Assembly (NCBI GenBank): GCA_052389315.1
Contig: JBQTIE010000084.1
Location: 23,075 to 87,074, forward strand
DNA: 64,000 bases
Direction of reading: 5' to 3'
DNA from: Acidobacteriota bacterium
GTDB lineage: Bacteria > Acidobacteriota > Vicinamibacteria > Vicinamibacterales > UBA2999
Made by a program: the position numbers and the translations under genes. The stretch's first letter is position 1. Each line of letters begins with the position of its first letter. Below are positions 38,819-48,718 of the stretch, one piece after another. The notes under the pieces were generated by a model. That model worked only from the letters and a program-made list of their open reading frames with translations. It made no database searches and was not told the origin of the DNA.

Positions 38819-39078
38819 CACGCCGCACCGAAACGCTGGAAGACCCACTGCACGAGCGAGTTCAGCGTCATATCGACGCCGAACAAATACAACCCGAAGA
38901 ACATCGACGTCAGGATGACCACCACGGTCGTCGCGTAGACCTCCTTGCGCGTCGGCCACGTCACACGCTTCATCTCGTTGCGGACCTCGCCGACGAACTC
39001 GCCGGAGCGATGCCACCAACCGGTGAGCGGGCGCTGGCTCTTGTCGTCGATCGCGTCGTGCTGCTCGAATTTTGCCAT
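38818..39078 (-). CDS. secE: Preprotein translocase subunit SecE
   Basis: ORF 38818..39114 trimmed to ATG 39078. It has the conserved [17 protein letters not shown] motif plus a single TM segment. Confidence 0.85.
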   Translation of the reverse strand: MAKFEQHDAIDDKSQRPLTGWWHRSGEFVGEVRNEMKRVTWPTRKEVYATTVVVILTSMFFGLYLFGVDMTLNSLVQWVFQRFGAA

Positions 39079-39126
39079 GGCAGTTCGTTGCCCGTGCGCG
39101 CTCGACCCGTGCACGTCTTCAGAATC

Positions 39127-39202
39127 TGGCAGGCCAGGAGGGTCTCGAACCCCCAGCCCCCGGTTTTGGAGACCGGTGCTCTACCAATTGAGCTACTGGC
39201 CT
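39127..39202 (-). tRNA. trnW: tRNA-Trp (CCA)
   Basis: Manual cloverleaf: AGGCCAG/CTGGCCT acceptor, anticodon loop CTCCAAA, TTCGAGA T-loop, encoded 3' CCA. 76 nt. Confidence 0.93.
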
Positions 39203-39261
39203 GTGTCGGCTCCCACGAGCCGCGAGCCGTCCCCGTGCGGCTGTTGTCGCGGACCTCCGGG

Positions 39262-39411
39262 CTACTTCTGCTCCTTGTGCGCCGTGTGCTTGCGGCAGAA
39301 CGGGCAGTACTTGCGAAGCTCGAGGCGCTCGGTCGTCTTCTTCTTGTTCTTCGTCGAACTGTAGTTGCGGCGCTTGCAGTCGCCGCACGCCAGCTGAATG
39401 ATGTCTCTCAC
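39262..39411 (-). CDS. rpmG: 50S ribosomal protein L33 (zinc-binding form)
   Basis: Not in the ORF track (49 aa). GTG start preceded by GGGAG. Translation is (M)[48 protein letters not shown]. Confidence 0.9.
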   Translation of the reverse strand: MRDIIQLACGDCKRRNYSSTKNKKKTTERLELRKYCPFCRKHTAHKEQK

Positions 39412-39431
39412 AGTCGGTCACTCCCGCGGGC

Positions 39432-40631
<1,200 letters not shown>

Positions 40632-40751
40632 GACTCTTTTTTCCCACGGACTGACGATCCGGCCCCGTGCCGGCTCGTGTTCGCTACGCCTGTGCGGGCC
40701 GTGCGGCCCGCGTGATCACTCCCCGCGCGCGGGGTCGCCCTCACCGCAACC

Positions 40752-40827
<76 letters not shown>

Positions 40828-40939
40828 CCACTCGGACACGCGGCCGTGGGGGCCGGCCTCGTCGGGACGGCGCACCAAACTCAGCCACCTCGACCGCCCC
40901 GGCCTGTCCACCAGCCCTACCGGCCCGACCTACCCCAAC

Positions 40940-41014
40940 TGGAGCGGGAGACGGGGATCGAACCCGCGACCAACAGCTTGGAAGGCTGTGACTCTACCAC
41001 TGAGTTACTCCCGC
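40940..41014 (-). tRNA. trnG: tRNA-Gly (TCC)
   Basis: Manual cloverleaf: GCGGGAG/CTCCCGC acceptor, anticodon loop CTTCCAA, T-loop TTCGATC, encoded CCA. 75 nt. Confidence 0.92.
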
Positions 41015-41101
41015 ACCTGGCCCTGCTTCCCTCGCCTGCCACCCGGCAGCCTTCGCCAATTCGCTCACCGCGACACCGAGCACGCGCGACACCGAGCATT
41101 G

Positions 41102-41188
41102 TGGTGGGCAGGGGAGGATTTGAACCTCCGTAGCCCGTTGGGCGGCAGATTTACAGTCTGCTGCGATTGACCACTCCGCCACCTGCCC
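41102..41188 (-). tRNA. trnY: tRNA-Tyr (GTA), long variable arm
   Basis: GGGCAGG/CCTGCCC acceptor, anticodon loop CTGTAAA, long variable arm, T-loop TTCAAAT, encoded CCA. 87 nt. Confidence 0.92.
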
Positions 41189-41308
41189 GCACCGACGTTC
41201 GGGGCGACACCACGCCACCTGGGCGTTTTGCCCGTCTTCGCGTGTTCGAACTGTGAGGATTGCCCCCGTGTATGTCGACCGTCCCCGCCTGCGGCGGATG
41301 TCGCCCGG

Positions 41309-41385
41309 TGGAGCTGGCGGAGGGATTTGAACCCCCGACCGGCTGATTACAAATCAGCTGCTCTACCGAACTGAGCTACGCCAGC
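41309..41385 (-). tRNA. trnT: tRNA-Thr (TGT)
   Basis: GCTGGCG/CGCCAGC acceptor, anticodon loop TTTGTAA, T-loop TTCAAAT, encoded CCA. 77 nt. Confidence 0.92.
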
Positions 41386-41399
41386 CAGACAAACGGCAG

Positions 41400-41429
41400 A
41401 TGGTAGCACGTCTTGTGCCAAAGCTGCAA
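41400..41429 (-). promoter_or_regulatory. Candidate sigma70-type promoter for the tRNA-tuf cluster (TTGCAG-N18-TACCAT)
   Basis: On the minus strand, TTGCAG lies at 41429-41424 and TACCAT at 41405-41400. The -10 element ends 14 nt upstream of the tRNA-Thr 5' end. Found by pattern only. Confidence 0.35.
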
Positions 41430-41545
41430 CTCGTCGGCTGGGTGCAGGCGGGACCTGCTGAACCGCATCACTCCTTCTCTATCACTCCTTCCGGGGTCCC
41501 ACGGCAGCATCCGCACGACACCCGTCGGCGTCCGCGGTGGCTTCT

Positions 41546-42274
41546 TCAGCCCTGCCTCCCCCGGCTTCGGCGCTGCCGCACGGCCTCGAACATCACAACC
41601 GCGGCGGCCGCCGAAACATTGAGACTGCTCACCTGGCCGACCATGGGGATGGAAACCAGGTAATCACACCGATCGCGCACCAGCCGCCGGAGGCCTCGAC
41701 CTTCGGCCCCCACGACCAGCGCCACCGGCATCGTCAGATCCAGAGCATCGTACTGTCTTTCGGCCTCCTCGTCTAGCCCCACAATCCACACCCCCAACCG
41801 CTTCAGCTCCTCGAGGGCCCGCGCGATGTTCACGACGTCTGCGACCGCCACGTGAGACACCGCGCCGGCCGACGCCTTGGCCACTGCCCCGGACAACGGC
41901 GCCGCACGGCGCGTCTGCCGCACCACGCCCGACCCGCCGGCGGCGTCGACCGTCCTGAGAATCGCCCCCACGTTGTGAGGATCCTCGACCCCGTCGAGCA
42001 CGACAATGAGCGGCGCGCCCTCCCGGGTCGTCATCAGTTCGTCGAGCGTCGCCTGGGCACGGTCCTCGACCACGGCGAGCAAGCCCTGATGCGCGGCGCC
42101 CTGGGCCGATCGATCGAGCGCAGCGCGGGCGACACGCTCGATGGCGACCCCGCGCCGCGCCGCCTCCTCGAGCACCGTGCGGACGCGTCCATCGTGACGA
42201 TCCGCGACGCGAATGCTCCGGGCCCGGCCGGCCCGAACGGCTTCGGCCACGGCGTGAATGCCGTAGATCAGCAT
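41546..42274 (-). CDS. rlmB: 23S rRNA 2'-O-methyltransferase, TrmH/SpoU family (RlmB-like)
   Basis: 242 aa with an N-terminal substrate-binding region and SpoU motifs LVVGAEGRGLR and IPMVGQVSSLNVSAAAAVVMFE. Confidence 0.85.
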   Translation of the reverse strand: MLIYGIHAVAEAVRAGRARSIRVADRHDGRVRTVLEEAARRGVAIERVARAALDRSAQGAAHQGLLAVVEDRAQATLDELMTTREGAPLIVVLDGVEDPHNVGAILRTVDAAGGSGVVRQTRRAAPLSGAVAKASAGAVSHVAVADVVNIARALEELKRLGVWIVGLDEEAERQYDALDLTMPVALVVGAEGRGLRRLVRDRCDYLVSIPMVGQVSSLNVSAAAAVVMFEAVRQRRSRGRQG

Positions 42275-42326
42275 GTCCAGACCCTGCCGCGGTCGGCAGG
42301 CACCCGCTCGTCCGAGGCGGGACGAG

Positions 42327-43826
42327 TCATCGAAGATGCTCCAGCATCGAGTGCGCGCGTTCCCGGCATCCGATTACCGGCGAAAGGCCCGAGTCGGGGG
42401 GCAAGTCGGAGGCACGATCGATGGCGGGCACGATCACGTCCAGTTCGGGCCCCTCGACCTCACCGGTCAGGGCCACACGAATCGGGTGCAGCAACGCCCG
42501 GCCTTTCTGCCCGGTGACGGCCTTGACGCGTGCGGCGGCCGCCCGGAAGAGATCTCGGTCCACGAGGCGCGCCGACGACTGCAGGTCGGCAGCCAGCGCC
42601 TCGAGGACCCGACGCGCATCAGGCTCGGCGAGTTCGCGGCGGATCGCCTCCTGCGCCACCGTCGCCGCCGCGTCGAAGGAAAAGATCGTTGCCAGCCGCT
42701 CGGGGATATCCAAGAGGCGGTCGAGCGATCCGGCCAGGGGCGGCAACACGGCCTGGAGCCATTCGACCGCCGAGGGCTCCGGACGCGCGCGAACCATGTC
42801 CCGAGCCTGCAGGTACGGCAGCGACAACTCGACCAGGCGCGCCGGCTGCACGACCTTCAGGTAATGACGATTGACCCATCTGAGCTTGTCTTCGTCGAAG
42901 ACGCCGGCGCTCAGCGCGACGTGGCGCAGGTCGAAGCGCCGCGCCATCTCGTCGATCGGGACAATCTCGTCGCCGGCGCCGGGCGACCAGCCGATGAGCG
43001 CGAGGTAATTGACCAGCGCTTCAGGCAGGTATCCTCTGGCGCGAAACTCGGCCACCGACGTCGCGCCGTGCCGCTTCGAGAGGGGGGTGTGGTCGGGTCC
43101 CAGGACCAGCGACAGGTGCGCAAAGGCCGGCGGCGACCAGCCGAACGCCTCGTACACGAGGAGCTGGCGCGGCGTGTTCGAGATGTGGTCCTCGCCCCGC
43201 ACGACGTGCGAAATCCCCATGAGCGCGTCATCGACGACCACGGCAAAGTTGTAAGCCGGCCTCCCGTCGGATCGCACGAGCACGGGGTCGCCGATGACAT
43301 CCGTGTGAAACGTCACGGGCCCACGCACCAGGTCGGTGAAGGTGACGTCGCGACTTGACGGCACGCGCAGGCGGATGACGGCGGGCTCGCCCTCGCGGAC
43401 GCGCGCAGCCGCGTCGCCCGAGGCGAGGGCTCGACAGGTGCCCGCGTACTTTGGGGGAAGGCCCCGTTCGAGCCTCGCGCGTCGATCGGCCTCCAGCTGC
43501 TCAGGAGAGCAGAAACAATAGTACGCGTGGTCGCTCGCGATCAATCGACGGGCGTGCTCGCCGTACACCGCGAGGCGCTCGGACTGCCGGTAGGGTCCCA
43601 CTGCGCCACCAGCGTCCACGCCTTCGTCCCAGGTGAGGCCCATCCAGCGGAGGTCGTCGAGAATGGCGCGTTCGGACTCGTCGCTCGAGCGCTCCGCATC
43701 GGTGTCTTCGACCCGCAGGATGCAGGTGCCCCCGGCGTGACGAGCCAGCAGCCAGTTGAAGAGCGCCGTGCGGGCGTTGCCGACGTGGAGGTGGCCGGTC
43801 GGGCTGGGCGCGAAGCGAACCCTCAT
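42327..43826 (-). CDS. gltX: Glutamate--tRNA ligase
   Basis: 499 aa with the HIGH-type motif PSPTGHLHVGNART and the KMSKS-type motif PLSKRHG. Confidence 0.95.
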   Translation of the reverse strand: MRVRFAPSPTGHLHVGNARTALFNWLLARHAGGTCILRVEDTDAERSSDESERAILDDLRWMGLTWDEGVDAGGAVGPYRQSERLAVYGEHARRLIASDHAYYCFCSPEQLEADRRARLERGLPPKYAGTCRALASGDAAARVREGEPAVIRLRVPSSRDVTFTDLVRGPVTFHTDVIGDPVLVRSDGRPAYNFAVVVDDALMGISHVVRGEDHISNTPRQLLVYEAFGWSPPAFAHLSLVLGPDHTPLSKRHGATSVAEFRARGYLPEALVNYLALIGWSPGAGDEIVPIDEMARRFDLRHVALSAGVFDEDKLRWVNRHYLKVVQPARLVELSLPYLQARDMVRARPEPSAVEWLQAVLPPLAGSLDRLLDIPERLATIFSFDAAATVAQEAIRRELAEPDARRVLEALAADLQSSARLVDRDLFRAAAARVKAVTGQKGRALLHPIRVALTGEVEGPELDVIVPAIDRASDLPPDSGLSPVIGCRERAHSMLEHLR

Positions 43827-43987
43827 GGCGTCTCGCGAGCCTCCACTTCAAACCCGCGAGCCTGGCTGCACGGCCTCGCCTCGCTGGAGGCCGTGCCGCT
43901 TTGCCCCGCTCCTCGGGGCGGCGTCTTGAGCGGCTGGTCCAAGACGTGACTCAAGTGTTGAGGTTCTGCCATTGCAAGACGTCCAGG

Positions 43988-45151
43988 TCAGGCACTGATC
44001 AGCAGCACCACGGCGTGGCAGGCCATCGCGTCACCGCGGCCGACCGAGTCCATCTGTTCGTTGGTCTTGCCCTTGATGCTGACGTCGGCGGGATCGATCT
44101 CGAGAGCTGCCGCGAGCTGCCTGCGCATCCGATCCAGGTACGGCACCAGCTTGGGTCGCTCGGCGATGACGGTCACATCGACGTTGCCGACCAGCCACCC
44201 CGCTTGTCGAACCTCGTGGCGGGCGCGCGCGAGGAGCACCAGGCTGTCGGCATCTTTCCACGAAGGATCGGAGTCTGGAAACATCCGGCCGATGTCCCCC
44301 ACACCCGCACCCCCGAGCAACGCGTCGGTGACCGCATGGCAGACGATGTCGGCATCGGAATGTCCGAGCAAGCCCCGCTCGAACGGCACGGTGACACCTG
44401 CCAGCTTCAGCGCCCGCCCCTCGACGAGCCGATGCAGATCGTAGCCCGCGCCGATGCGCACCCGCCTCGGGCGTGAGTCGGCGGCCGCGAGTCGCGCGCG
44501 AGCGCGGGCCAGGTCTTCCGCCGTGGTCAGCTTCACGTTGTCCGGATCGCCCGGGACGAGGTGGACCGGGACTCCGGTCTGCTCGACGAGCATGGCCTCG
44601 TCGGTGGCGGGCAGGTCCGCCGCCGCGGCCATGGCGCGCTCGAGGATCTCGCGGCGGAAGGTCTGCGGCGTCTGAGCCAGAAACACCTGATCCCGAGGGA
44701 GGGTGGCCTGCACGACGTGCGAGGCTCCCGTCTCGTCTGGCATCGCCTGCTTGACCGTGTCGGCGACGGGAATCGCGGCAATGACCGCGCCGTGCTGCCG
44801 GGCCGCTTCGATGGTCCGCTCGATGAGCTGCGGCGTGACGAACGGACGTGCGGCATCGTGCACCACGACAATCTCGACATCGTGTGCGATCCGCGCGAAC
44901 GCGTTGGCGACCGAGTCCTGCCGGCGCTTGCCGCCTTCGACGATCGTCACGCGCGGAGGCACGGCGACGTGCGAGGCCGTACCCGTCGGCACCGCCACGA
45001 CGACCTCGCCGACCGAGGGTGACGCCCGCAAGGCGGCGAGGCTCAAATCGATCATCGTCCGACCGCGATCGAGGTCGAGAAACTGCTTCGGCCGGCTGCC
45101 GCCGAGCCGTTCACCTTTGCCTGCAGCCACGAGGATGGCAGCTACTCGCAT
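43988..45151 (-). CDS. ispDF: Bifunctional IspD/IspF (MEP cytidylyltransferase / MEcPP synthase)
   Basis: 387 aa. The N-terminal IspD part has AAILVAAGKGERLG. The C-terminal IspF part has RIGAGYDLHRL and GHSDADIVCHAVTDALLG. Confidence 0.93.
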   Translation of the reverse strand: MRVAAILVAAGKGERLGGSRPKQFLDLDRGRTMIDLSLAALRASPSVGEVVVAVPTGTASHVAVPPRVTIVEGGKRRQDSVANAFARIAHDVEIVVVHDAARPFVTPQLIERTIEAARQHGAVIAAIPVADTVKQAMPDETGASHVVQATLPRDQVFLAQTPQTFRREILERAMAAAADLPATDEAMLVEQTGVPVHLVPGDPDNVKLTTAEDLARARARLAAADSRPRRVRIGAGYDLHRLVEGRALKLAGVTVPFERGLLGHSDADIVCHAVTDALLGGAGVGDIGRMFPDSDPSWKDADSLVLLARARHEVRQAGWLVGNVDVTVIAERPKLVPYLDRMRRQLAAALEIDPADVSIKGKTNEQMDSVGRGDAMACHAVVLLISA

Positions 45152-45786
45152 ACGTGCCGTCCGCCCTCGCGGCCTCCCACGAGGTCTGCCATTCGGGCCG
45201 CCGTGAGGTCGAGGACCCGGGACACGCGGGCGGCCGTCACCTCACGCGGGGCAAACACGACCACGAGTGCGCCCACGGTCTGGCTCGTCACCATCGTTCG
45301 GGCGGAATCCGACGTCGGGTTGCCGAACGGGCCGTGGTCGTCGGCCAGGCAGATGCGTCCGCCGACGTGCACCACATCCTTGCGAATCCCGGCGTATTCT
45401 TCCCCACTCCGACCGCGCCGAAGGCTCACGGGACCCTGGAGGTGTCGTCGATCGTACACCCCGTACGGAAGCTGGAACTCGAGCGAACACCAGTTGACCA
45501 CGTCAACCAGGGCGTTGATTCTCGGCAACGGATCCCCTTTACGCACACGGCGCAGCAGGGCCTCGCTGGAGGGCCGGGTCTTGGTCGGATCCAGTCCGAC
45601 GAGGCGGTACATCGCTCGCACCGCCGCCGACTCCGGGGGCGGATGGGACCGCGCGTGATCGGCTGCGGCCACCAGCAGCGGGCCGAGCCTGGGATGCCTC
45701 TCGATCACCGTCGCGTCTTCCCACCACAGGACACCCGGCCGGACGATGGCGGCGAGATCCGGATCACAGCGGAACGGCGTGGTCAC
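45142..45786 (-). CDS. B3/B4 tRNA-binding domain-containing protein
   Basis: 214 aa. Resembles stand-alone B3/B4 (PheT-like) domain proteins (INALVDVVNWCSLEFQLPYGVYD). Family assigned from recall. Confidence 0.6.
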   Translation of the reverse strand: MTTPFRCDPDLAAIVRPGVLWWEDATVIERHPRLGPLLVAAADHARSHPPPESAAVRAMYRLVGLDPTKTRPSSEALLRRVRKGDPLPRINALVDVVNWCSLEFQLPYGVYDRRHLQGPVSLRRGRSGEEYAGIRKDVVHVGGRICLADDHGPFGNPTSDSARTMVTSQTVGALVVVFAPREVTAARVSRVLDLTAARMADLVGGREGGRHVCE

Positions 45787-45832
45787 CGTCGTTGATTGTA
45801 CGCGCGAGCCATGCTTCGTCTACACTCAGGGT

Positions 45833-46486
45833 GTGCTGGATTTCCTGCTCCATTTCGATGTGTATCTCACGCAATTCGTCCGGGATTACGGCGGGCTGAC
45901 CTATGGAATCCTCTTCGCCATCATCTTCGCCGAGACGGGGCTCGTCGTCACGCCGTTCCTGCCGGGCGACTCGCTCCTGTTCGCCACTGGAGCGCTGGCG
46001 GCCACCGGCGCCCTGTCGATGGAGGTGCTGGTGCCGCTGCTCATCCTGGCGGCCGTGATAGGGGACGCGGTCAACTACGCCGTCGGCCGGCGGCTGGCGC
46101 GGGCGATGCTTCACGACGCGCCGGGCACGGCGTGGATTCACCGATTCGTCAAGCGTGAGCACGTCGTGCGTGCCCATGAGTTCTTCGAGCGCCACGGCGG
46201 GAAGGCCGTGGTCCTGGCTCGATTCGTCCCCATCGTCCGCACGTTCGTGCCGTTCGTGGCAGGTGGGGCGTACATGACGTATCGCCACTTTGCGTTCTAC
46301 AACATCACGGGCGCCATCCTGTGGGTTGGCATCTGCGCCGGCGCGGGATATCTTTTCGGCAACATTCCCGTGGTCAAAGACAACTTCGAACTGGTCGTCC
46401 TCGGCATCATCGCCGTCTCGCTGATTCCGCTCGCCGTCGAGATGGTCAACGCCTACCGCCGTCCGCGCCACTCCCAGTCCACCTGA
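45833..46486 (+). CDS. DedA family membrane protein
   Basis: Track ORF 45746..46486 trimmed to GTG 45833, which avoids overlapping the divergent gene. DedA signature FAETGLVVTPFLPGDSLLFATG and RFVPIVRTFVPFVAG. Confidence 0.85.
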   Translation: MLDFLLHFDVYLTQFVRDYGGLTYGILFAIIFAETGLVVTPFLPGDSLLFATGALAATGALSMEVLVPLLILAAVIGDAVNYAVGRRLARAMLHDAPGTAWIHRFVKREHVVRAHEFFERHGGKAVVLARFVPIVRTFVPFVAGGAYMTYRHFAFYNITGAILWVGICAGAGYLFGNIPVVKDNFELVVLGIIAVSLIPLAVEMVNAYRRPRHSQST

Positions 46487-46514
46487 CCCCCCCAACCCCA
46501 GGAGCATCACGCGC

Positions 46515-47855
46515 ATGAGCGAACCGCTGGCTTCGTCCGGCAAGGGCATGAAACTGCACACGAAGATCCTGCTCGGACTCCTCGTGGGCGTGACCCTGGG
46601 CATCGGCGTCAACCTCACCGTCGGCACCGAGAACGCGGCGGTGGAGGCGGTCAACACCTACGTGGCGGTACCGCTCGGCCAGATCTTCCTGCGCATGCTC
46701 TTCATGGTCGTGATGCCGCTGGTCTTCGCGTCAATCGCCCTTGGCGTCGCGGGACTGGGCGACATCCGCCGTGTGGGGCGGGTGGGCGGCAAGGCCGTGG
46801 CGTACTTCTTCGTCACGACGACCATGGCGGCGACGCTCGGGCTGTTCATCGTGAACGCGATGCGCCCCTGGGAGCGGGTGAGCCCGGAGACCCGCGTCGA
46901 GCTGATGGAGCGGTTCGCCAAGGATGCCTCCAATCGCGTCGAAGCGGCGGCGATGCCGGCGTTCGGCATGGACACGCTCGTCAACATCGTGCCGCGCAAC
47001 CCCATCCGGTCGGCCGCGGACACGGACCTGCTGGGCATCATCTTCTTCGGCCTGACCTTCGGCGCGGCGCTGACGCTGATTCCCGCCAGCAAGGCCAAGC
47101 CGATGATCGACGTGCTGGATGCTCTCAACGCCGTCGTCACGGCGATGATTCACTTCGCGATGCTGCTGGCGCCGTTCGGCGTCGCGGCGCTGATCTTCAC
47201 CGTGTCATCGCGATTCGGCTTCGATCTGCTCGTCGCCATCGCGGCCTACGTCATCACCGTGCTGGTGGCGTTGCTCGCCCACGTCTCGATCACCTTGTCC
47301 GCCATCCTCCGATTCGTGATCGGCATCTCGCCCCTCAGGTTCCTGTCCCGCGTGCGCGCCGCCCTGGTCACCGCCTTCTCCACCAGTTCGAGCAGCGCCA
47401 CGCTGCCGACGGCCATCGACGTCGCGCAGGAGCAACTGGGCATCCCCCAGCGCATCGCGGGGTTCGTCCTGCCCATCGGCAGCACGATGTGCATGAATGG
47501 CACCTCGATTTTCGAGGGGATCACCGTCATCTTCGTGGCCCAGATCTTCAACGTCGACCTGTCCATCCCACAGATGGCGGCCGTCATGATCATGTCGGTC
47601 ATCACGGCGGTCGGGGCGGCGGGGGTGCCCGGCGGGTCGATTCCGCTGCTCGTGGGGGTCATGACGATGTTTGGCGTCCCCGGAGAGGGCATCGCGATCG
47701 TCTTGGGCGTGGACCGGCTGCTCGACATGTCGCGCACGACGGTCAACGTCTTCAGCGACATGACCGCAGCCACGTGGGTCGCCAAGAGCGAACGGATGTG
47801 GTCAGCCGATCAGATCCCGGCCCCGACCGAGGCGGTCGCCCCCTCGCAGCCCTGA
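46515..47855 (+). CDS. Dicarboxylate/amino acid:cation symporter (DAACS family)
   Basis: 446 aa with the conserved SSSSATLP (HP1) and MNGTSIFEG / VDRLLDMSRTTVNV motifs. Confidence 0.88.
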   Translation: MSEPLASSGKGMKLHTKILLGLLVGVTLGIGVNLTVGTENAAVEAVNTYVAVPLGQIFLRMLFMVVMPLVFASIALGVAGLGDIRRVGRVGGKAVAYFFVTTTMAATLGLFIVNAMRPWERVSPETRVELMERFAKDASNRVEAAAMPAFGMDTLVNIVPRNPIRSAADTDLLGIIFFGLTFGAALTLIPASKAKPMIDVLDALNAVVTAMIHFAMLLAPFGVAALIFTVSSRFGFDLLVAIAAYVITVLVALLAHVSITLSAILRFVIGISPLRFLSRVRAALVTAFSTSSSSATLPTAIDVAQEQLGIPQRIAGFVLPIGSTMCMNGTSIFEGITVIFVAQIFNVDLSIPQMAAVMIMSVITAVGAAGVPGGSIPLLVGVMTMFGVPGEGIAIVLGVDRLLDMSRTTVNVFSDMTAATWVAKSERMWSADQIPAPTEAVAPSQP

Positions 47856-47895
47856 CCATCCGCGGGCCGCGTCGGCCGTCGCTCGCCGCTCGAGG

Positions 47896-48669
47896 TCAGG
47901 CCGTGGTCGCCGTGAGGGGACCGCGCGTGGCCTCCGCTTCGACCGGTGGGGCGATCGCGTCGCGAACGCGCACCGCCAGCGCCCGCACCGCCCGGACGTC
48001 GGGCTCCCGCGCCGCCTCGGTTGGCAGCGGATCGTGCACGATGACCTCCACCTCCCCAGGACACGTCATCAGCCGGCCTTTGCGCATGACGTGCCGGCTT
48101 CCGCAGACGGAAATCGGGACGATCGGCAGACCGGCCTGGACGGCGGGATACAGGCTCCCTCCCTTGAACGGCGCCACGAGACCGGTCACGCTGCGGGTCC
48201 CTTCCGGAAAGACGATGAGGGAGAGGCCGTTGGTCGTGAGGCTGTTGGCCCAGGTGAACACTGCCCGCGGATCGGGCTTGCGGCGATTGACCAGCAGGTG
48301 ACCCGTGCGGCTCAAGTGCCAGCCGAGAACCGGGAAGCGACCCAGCGAGTCCTTGGCGATGATGCGCAATTGGTAGGGCAGCGACGAGAAAAGGACGGGA
48401 ATGTCATAGATGCTCTGGTGGTTGGCCACGAAGACGTACGTGCGGCCCGGCACGAGGCGGTCCAACCCCCGGACGCGCACGCGGACGCCGGTCGTGGCCA
48501 GGATCAGCCAGGACCAGGTGCGCGCGCACCAATGCGCGAAGTATCCGCGCGATTCGACGAGGCTCGCGCCGATGGAGAGCGAACCCAGAACGACCGTGTA
48601 GACGGTAATGGCCGGAATCAGCCAGAACACGGTTCGCCACCAGTGAAACGGGGGGAGGCGAACGCTCAC
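47896..48669 (-). CDS. plsC: 1-acyl-sn-glycerol-3-phosphate acyltransferase
   Basis: Track ORF 47896..48924 overlaps the upstream gene, so it is trimmed to GTG 48669 (start uncertain). HX4D motif NHQSIYD and FPEGTRS are present. Confidence 0.8.
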   Translation of the reverse strand: MSVRLPPFHWWRTVFWLIPAITVYTVVLGSLSIGASLVESRGYFAHWCARTWSWLILATTGVRVRVRGLDRLVPGRTYVFVANHQSIYDIPVLFSSLPYQLRIIAKDSLGRFPVLGWHLSRTGHLLVNRRKPDPRAVFTWANSLTTNGLSLIVFPEGTRSVTGLVAPFKGGSLYPAVQAGLPIVPISVCGSRHVMRKGRLMTCPGEVEVIVHDPLPTEAAREPDVRAVRALAVRVRDAIAPPVEAEATRGPLTATTA

Positions 48670-48718
48670 CGGCCTTGCCGCACCGCTCGTCGCTCCCGGA
48701 CACCTGCGCGTCGATTCG

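Noticed and set aside
39119-39421. 100-aa ORF in the track covering the tRNA-Trp and the rpmG region.
   Set aside because: It overlaps a clear tRNA-Trp and is out of frame with the true 49-aa L33 gene (39262-39411). Its sequence has no homology signal.
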